Below, piece by piece: positions 58,652 to 64,000 of a stretch of 64,000 nt of DNA. Position 1 is the first letter of the stretch; each line of letters opens with the position of its first letter. The position numbers were made by a program, and so were the translations under genes. Source of the DNA: Longimicrobiales bacterium (GTDB lineage: Bacteria; Gemmatimonadota; Gemmatimonadetes; Longimicrobiales; Gaopeijiaceae); NCBI GenBank assembly GCA_965249725.1, contig OZ252251.1:608001-672000 (forward strand), read 5' to 3'. The notes beneath the pieces were generated by a model. It was given only the letters and a program-made list of their open reading frames with translations. It ran no database searches and was not told the DNA's origin.

Positions 58652-61063
58652 TCACTCTACCCGTAGCGCCACGATTGGGTCGATACGTGCGGCACGCACG
58701 GCCGGGAAGGTTGCGGCCAGGGCCCCCAGCACGATGATCCCGGCCGCGACGCCGACGTAGGTCAACGAATCCGTCGGTGGCACTCCGTAGAGGAGGCTCT
58801 CCATGAGACGCGAGAGCACGGATGCGCCGGCCAAGCCCGAGAGTACTCCGACGACGACCACCCGCACGGCGCCGGCCACGACCAGCCGGGCCGTCTCTCG
58901 AGAACCGGCGCCCAAGGCCATGCGCAGTCCGATCTCGCCTGTCCGCTGTACCACCGCGTACGATACGACGCCGTAGATGCCGACGCAGGACAGGATCAGG
59001 GCCGACAGGGCCAGCCCGATCAGGAGCGCCATGTTGAACCGGGGCTCCGCTACAGACCGCGTCAGGCGGTCGGCCACGGTGCCCACCTCGGTCGGCGGTA
59101 GCTCCGGATCGAGGGCGAGCACCTCCCGCTGGATGACGGCACTCATCACGGACTCGTCGAGCGTCGTGTGCACGACCACGTGCATCTCGGTCAGAGCGAA
59201 CTGGCTGATCGGGACGAACAACTCCGGCTTCGTATCGGACGAAAGGCCCTCATGGTGCACGTCGCCGACCACTCCGATGATCGTGAGCGACCCGGCCATC
59301 GGTACGTCGAGGAGCTGTCCGATCGGATCGCGGTCGCGGAAGTACCGGTCGGCGAGCTTCGCGTTGATCAGCGCCACCCCACGACCGTCCGCACCGTCCA
59401 GTTCGCTGAAGAGCCTGCCCCGCACAAGCGGAATATCCATGGCGGGGAAGTAGCCCCTTACCACACCCCTGTAGTCCGCGCGAGGGCGTTCGGTGGGTGA
59501 GGTCGCGTCGAGGCCCAGGATGGTGAAGGGCATCTCGAAATCGACCCCCACGGAACTCATCGGGAGTGCCGATACAGCGCCGACTTCCTCCACACCGGCG
59601 AGGCCTCGGACTCGCTCCACGATTTGAGAGAAGAAGAGCCGCTGTGCCTCCGAGTCCGGGTACCTGGATCGGGGTAGGGCGACGGCCACCGTTACCACGC
59701 CCTCCGTGCGGAAGCCCGGGTCCACGTCGGTCAGGCGGTCGAAGCTCCGGACCATGAGTCCCGCCCCGATCAGGAGAATGATCGCCAAGGCGACCTCACT
59801 CGCCACCAGCCCGTTGATGATCAGGCGTGCCCGGCGACCAAATCCGGCGCCGCGCCCGGACTCCTGGATCACGACCCCCAGGTTTGGGCGCATGGCCCGA
59901 ATCGCCGGAAGAAGTCCGACGGCCAAGCCGGCAACCAGGGCCACTACCAGCGCGAAGCCGAGGGCCGTGACATCGAGGCCGATATCGCCGGAGCGTGGTA
60001 TGCTGTCGGGAATGACGTTGCGCAGGATGCCGACTGCCCCATAGGCCACTGCGACCCCGGCTAACCCACCCAACCCCGCCAAGACCATGCTCTCGGTCAG
60101 GGACCGCTTGAGAAGCGCTTTCCCTCCGGCGCCCAACGTGGCACGAATCGCGTAGCCCCGGGCAGCCTCGGTGGAGCGGACCAGGAGGAGGTTCGAGACG
60201 TTGACGCAGCCTGTAAGGAGAACGAGGGTCACGGCCCCGAACAGCACCCATAGTGTGGATCGCACGTCACCGACGAGTTGTTCCTGGGTTGGCACCAGCG
60301 AGACGCCCCAGCCTTCACTGTTCTCCGGATCCTCCGTCTCGATCTGTCTCGCCAAGGCCGACATGTCCCCCTGCGCCTGTTCGAGGGTCACGTCTGGACG
60401 AAGTCGACCAATCGCGTTGAACATGCGGTGGGGCCGGCTGATCAGGGCTTCCAGATCGAGGGTCAGAGGGGACCAGGCCTCGACCGAAGGGTCGCCCGCC
60501 GGGAACTCGAAACCGGCCGGCATGACACCGACCACGGTGTACCCCTCTCCATCGAACTCCAACGTCCGCCCGACGATGCTCGGATCCTGTCCGAAATGCC
60601 TGGACCAGGCTCCGTAGCTGAGGATCACCAACCGTTCGTTCCCCTGGACCTCGTCCTCCTGAAGGAGGGTGCGGCCCAGTAGCGGATCGACCCCGAGCAC
60701 CCTGAAGACGGCCGGGGAGACCCGGACACTCGGCACGCGTACCGGATCACCGTCACCTGTGAGCGTAAACCCGACGTATTGATAGACCGCGACGGACTCG
60801 AGCGTCTGTGAGCGCGTCCGCCAGTCCACATAGGTGGTCGTAGACGTCTGTACCTCGTCCTGCCCCTGTTCGAGGTTGTTCTCCCAGATCGTGACCAGGC
60901 GCTCCGGGGAGTCGTAGTCGAGCGGGCGCAACAGCACGCCATAGACGACACTGAAAATCGCCGTGTTCACACCGATCGCGATTGCCAGTGTGAGCACGAT
61001 AATCCCCGCCAAGGCCGGGCGGCTTCCAATCGAGCGGAGGGCGTGCTTCAAGTCGCGTCCCAT
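58652..61063 (-). CDS. Duplicated MacB/FtsX-type ABC permease (ADOP family)
   Basis: LAIAIGVNTAIFSVVYGVLLRPL; GCVNVSNLLL; second half GIYGVVSYAVVQRTGEIGLRMALGA; PAVRAARIDPIVALRVE. Confidence 0.92.
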   Translation of the reverse strand: MGRDLKHALRSIGSRPALAGIIVLTLAIAIGVNTAIFSVVYGVLLRPLDYDSPERLVTIWENNLEQGQDEVQTSTTTYVDWRTRSQTLESVAVYQYVGFTLTGDGDPVRVPSVRVSPAVFRVLGVDPLLGRTLLQEDEVQGNERLVILSYGAWSRHFGQDPSIVGRTLEFDGEGYTVVGVMPAGFEFPAGDPSVEAWSPLTLDLEALISRPHRMFNAIGRLRPDVTLEQAQGDMSALARQIETEDPENSEGWGVSLVPTQEQLVGDVRSTLWVLFGAVTLVLLTGCVNVSNLLLVRSTEAARGYAIRATLGAGGKALLKRSLTESMVLAGLGGLAGVAVAYGAVGILRNVIPDSIPRSGDIGLDVTALGFALVVALVAGLAVGLLPAIRAMRPNLGVVIQESGRGAGFGRRARLIINGLVASEVALAIILLIGAGLMVRSFDRLTDVDPGFRTEGVVTVAVALPRSRYPDSEAQRLFFSQIVERVRGLAGVEEVGAVSALPMSSVGVDFEMPFTILGLDATSPTERPRADYRGVVRGYFPAMDIPLVRGRLFSELDGADGRGVALINAKLADRYFRDRDPIGQLLDVPMAGSLTIIGVVGDVHHEGLSSDTKPELFVPISQFALTEMHVVVHTTLDESVMSAVIQREVLALDPELPPTEVGTVADRLTRSVAEPRFNMALLIGLALSALILSCVGIYGVVSYAVVQRTGEIGLRMALGAGSRETARLVVAGAVRVVVVGVLSGLAGASVLSRLMESLLYGVPPTDSLTYVGVAAGIIVLGALAATFPAVRAARIDPIVALRVE

Positions 61064-61090
61064 ATCGTTGCCCCGTCGTGTCGTTAACGT

Positions 61091-61128
61091 GTCGTCATCG
61101 GGTCGTCATCGGTCGTCATCGGGTCGTC
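61091..61128. repeat. Imperfect 10-11 bp tandem repeat GTCGTCATCG(G) x3.5
   Basis: Units 61091-61101, 61102-61111, 61112-61122, partial 61123-61128, intergenic. Confidence 0.8.
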
Positions 61129-61144
61129 GACTTCGGCAAGAGCA

Positions 61145-63385
61145 TCAGCTCTTGAGAATCCGTGTGGCTTGTTCGAGGGCCTCGGAGACTCGATTCAGCA
61201 TGTCTGCGACAAGCCCGATGTGCTCGGTCGCCTCATCCCAGTTCCTCAGTTCGATGGCCTCACGGATGCCCGGCAGGGTCTTCACCCCATACCCGGTGTG
61301 GAAGCCGGGAGCATAGACTTGATGCCGATACCACGGGCGTCGCGGGAGCCCCTGGTCGTTCGTCATGAGGCGCTCCGTGGTCTTCAGCGCCTGATTCAAG
61401 GCCCGGGCCTCGGCCGCGGTCGCCCCCGTGCGTATGACACGCTCCATCTCGACGTCCAACGCTGCCGAACTCGCATCGAGTCGCCGAATGGCGTTCTGCA
61501 CGGGTGCGAAGTTGAGGAATGGCACCTCGTCTTCGGCCTCGGGCGGCACGTACGTCTTCGTGGGGTCGGCGGCCAGCCCATAGGCGTTCAGCGCCACCAG
61601 CTGGTTCCTCCGATCCGTGGACGACCGTGTCTCTTCGAGCAGCTCCATGACCTCGCCGGCGTACAGTCCCACATTGTCCGAGAAGTTCTCGAATCGCATG
61701 GGCAAGACGTCGGCGTTCGCGAGGCGCAGGGTCAGGCGGCCGGTCGTCTTCACGAGGGCCTCTCCGTAGTAGAAGCCCGGATCGCCGAACCGCGTGTAGT
61801 GCTCGAAGGAGTCGAACTGCGAGTGGTATGACCCTCCGCCGTTCTCACCTCCGTAGCTCACATTGAGCGTTGCGATGCCCAGGTGCTGAAGGAACGGCGT
61901 ATAGTCGGAGCCCGATCCCAGAGGACTGATGCGCAGGTCCGGGCGGGTCACGGCCTCGGCGTCGCCCGCCACGGCCCGCTGGGCTTGGGCTCGCTCCCAG
62001 GCGGTTACGCCGGTCTGGGGGTCCTTGATCTCACGAGCCACTTCGTTGACCAGGCGCTCGAGCGTGTGTGAGCCCCCCATGCGGAGGAAGCCCCTCCCGT
62101 TCCCGTCGGTGTTGATGTAAGCGACGGCCTTTTCGCGCAACTCGTCGGCGTGGTCCTCGGCCCATTCGGTGGAGCCGAGCAAGCCTGGCTCCTCGGCGTC
62201 CCACGACCCGTATACGATGGTCCGCTTGGGACGTTGGCCGCTCGCGGCCAGAACCCCGATCGCCCTCGCTTCTTCCATGAGCGCTACGTGCCCGCTGATC
62301 GGGTCGCCCGCTCCCATCGCCCAGCCGTCCCGATGGTTGCCCCGCATGACCCACTCATCCGGGTACTCGGAGCCTTCCATGCGCGCGATGACGTTGTACG
62401 CCGGCTCGAGGTTCCAGTCGAACTCGAGGTGGACACGCACCGTGGCCGGGCCCGGTCCGATGTGGTAGGTGAAGGGCAGGGCACCCCGCCAGGCGGCAGG
62501 CGCTACAGGGCCTCCCAGGGCCCTTAGCAGGGGCTGTGCATCGCCCCACGAGAGCGGAAGTACCGGGATCTTCATGATCGCCGGTGACTCCTCTACGGTG
62601 TACCTCTCCGCGTCTGCGGTGGCTGCCACGAACGGGGTCAACGGATCACCCGGGTAGAGCGGCATGTCCGTTACGGATCCCCGCTGCACGCCCCACTCCA
62701 TCCGGTAGGGCCCGTCCGGGTAGGTGTCCCCCTGGAAGTAGCCATCGTCCCTGGGATCCGAGTACAGGATCGTGGCCACGGCTCCCTTCTCGTAGGCGAG
62801 CTTTGGCTTGATGCCCCGCCAGGACCCGCCGTATCGCGCGATGACGATCTTGCCGGTGACATCGATGCCCATGCGCTCGAGCTCTTCGTAATCCCCCGGA
62901 ATTCCTTGGTTGACATAAACCAACTCGGCCGTGACGTCGCCGTCGGCGCTGTAGGCGTTGTACGAGGGCAGCCGTCCGTCCACCCCGGAGCTGGCATCCT
63001 CTGGAATCACCGGCTCCTCGAGTCCGGCCGTGTACCGTTCCGGAGAGATCATCTCCACCTCGCGGATGCGGGGCTTCGGGAACAGGACCCGGTACTCCAC
63101 GATCTCGGCCTCGTAACCCCACTCCTCGAACAGATCGCGTACGAACTCCGCGTTTTCCTTGTTGTGAGGCGCTCCTACGAAGAACGGCTCTGATGTGATC
63201 CGCTCCATCCAGTTTCGCAGGTTGTCGCGATTCACCTGCTCGTCCAGTCGGGCCTCGAGGGCTCGCTGAGCGGCGGCCGACTCTGCTGAAAACCCTAGCA
63301 TGGAGGACTCTTGTGCCTGGCCGGGCTGGGAAATGAAGAAGAGCGGGCTGAGAAGGGCTATAAGGGCTATGACTCGCTGCGACAT
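61145..63385 (-). CDS. M28 glutamate carboxypeptidase II-like peptidase (PA and transferrin-receptor dimerisation domains)
   Basis: YNAYSADGDV; IARYG; GNHRDGW; DPISG; SWDAEEPGLLGSTEW; GSGSDY; YHSQFD; RPWYRH. Confidence 0.93.
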   Translation of the reverse strand: MSQRVIALIALLSPLFFISQPGQAQESSMLGFSAESAAAQRALEARLDEQVNRDNLRNWMERITSEPFFVGAPHNKENAEFVRDLFEEWGYEAEIVEYRVLFPKPRIREVEMISPERYTAGLEEPVIPEDASSGVDGRLPSYNAYSADGDVTAELVYVNQGIPGDYEELERMGIDVTGKIVIARYGGSWRGIKPKLAYEKGAVATILYSDPRDDGYFQGDTYPDGPYRMEWGVQRGSVTDMPLYPGDPLTPFVAATADAERYTVEESPAIMKIPVLPLSWGDAQPLLRALGGPVAPAAWRGALPFTYHIGPGPATVRVHLEFDWNLEPAYNVIARMEGSEYPDEWVMRGNHRDGWAMGAGDPISGHVALMEEARAIGVLAASGQRPKRTIVYGSWDAEEPGLLGSTEWAEDHADELREKAVAYINTDGNGRGFLRMGGSHTLERLVNEVAREIKDPQTGVTAWERAQAQRAVAGDAEAVTRPDLRISPLGSGSDYTPFLQHLGIATLNVSYGGENGGGSYHSQFDSFEHYTRFGDPGFYYGEALVKTTGRLTLRLANADVLPMRFENFSDNVGLYAGEVMELLEETRSSTDRRNQLVALNAYGLAADPTKTYVPPEAEDEVPFLNFAPVQNAIRRLDASSAALDVEMERVIRTGATAAEARALNQALKTTERLMTNDQGLPRRPWYRHQVYAPGFHTGYGVKTLPGIREAIELRNWDEATEHIGLVADMLNRVSEALEQATRILKS

Positions 63386-63517
63386 CGTCTGTCTCCGAAT
63401 GGTCGGGTGCTGAGATGTTGGATTTGCTTCGCGTTCCTCTGAGGGGGGTCGAGGAGCGACGTCTAGAGTACGGCGGCGAAGGAGGTGTGGAAATGGGCGA
63501 AACGGAGCGAGTGCCCT

Positions 63518-64000
63518 TCAGTTTCCGGGCCTTCGCGTCGATCCGCGCACCAATTCCAGTAGGATCCCGCCAACCTCATCGTTGTCCTTGAGTCCCCCGA
63601 AGCGCTCGGCTCCCGGGCCCGCGGCAAAGAGGGGAACCAGGGCGGCGGTATGAGCGCCTGTCTCGTACCGCAGGGCGAGAGATGGCCTCCGGGGTTCGCC
63701 GGGATCAAACCGCTGGGTCGAGTCTGCCGGAAAGGACATCCCGCCGGTTTCGTGATCGGCGGTCACGACGATCAGGGTGCCAGGATGCCTCTCTTGATAC
63801 TCCATAGCCGTGGCGATGGCGGCATCCAGCCCGAGCATCTCGGCCGTGACCACCTCCCGTGCCATGTTGCGATGGGCGTAGGTGTCGGACCCTTCGTTCT
63901 CGACCATGAGGAAGAAGCCGTCTGGGTCGCGCCCGAGCACATCGAGTGCAGCGGTCGTCATCTCCACCAGGCTGGGCGATCGCAGGGTCGCAGGCGGCAT
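63518..64000 (-). CDS. Alkaline phosphatase family protein (C-terminal part; start beyond window)
   Basis: GFFLMVENEGSDTYAH; TLIVVTADHETGG; HTAALVPLFAAGPGAERF. Confidence 0.88.
   Translation of the reverse strand: MPPATLRSPSLVEMTTAALDVLGRDPDGFFLMVENEGSDTYAHRNMAREVVTAEMLGLDAAIATAMEYQERHPGTLIVVTADHETGGMSFPADSTQRFDPGEPRRPSLALRYETGAHTAALVPLFAAGPGAERFGGLKDNDEVGGILLELVRGSTRRPGN

Noticed and set aside
63404..63450. GGGTGCTGAGA resembling the start of a TPP riboswitch
   Set aside because: Downstream conserved TPP elements are absent and the orientation is opposite to the flanking genes.

Overview
High-GC (roughly 65% by eye) bacterial chromosomal window, densely coding. Gene content (SusC-type TonB receptor, DUF5916, VPS10/BNR hydrolase, ADOP-type permease, M28/M24 peptidases, many Tat and lipoprotein exports) suggests a Gemmatimonadota-like diderm heterotroph; this is inference. 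I found no rRNA, tRNA, CRISPR array or mobile element. Highlights: (1) a probably leaderless 110-aa uORF with a Cys/His cluster and a C-terminal RAPP arrest motif, followed by a structured spacer containing an anti-SD, in front of an OMP + ZnuA-like + ZnuB-like operon that has no ATPase gene - a candidate metal-sensing ribosome-stalling regulator; (2) a cupredoxin + CydA-like (no CydB) + three c-type cytochrome operon (one with an EB_dh-like domain) resembling Nitrospira-type bd-like oxidases, followed closely by an SpdH-like flavoprotein; (3) an oxalate-CoA ligase + PanE2-like pair; (4) orphan soxCD; (5) a GMC 3-keto-glycoside-type operon extended by an APC permease and an AKR-RidA fusion; (6) several short tandem duplications at gene starts and junctions. 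All product calls are from motif recognition by eye, not database searches.
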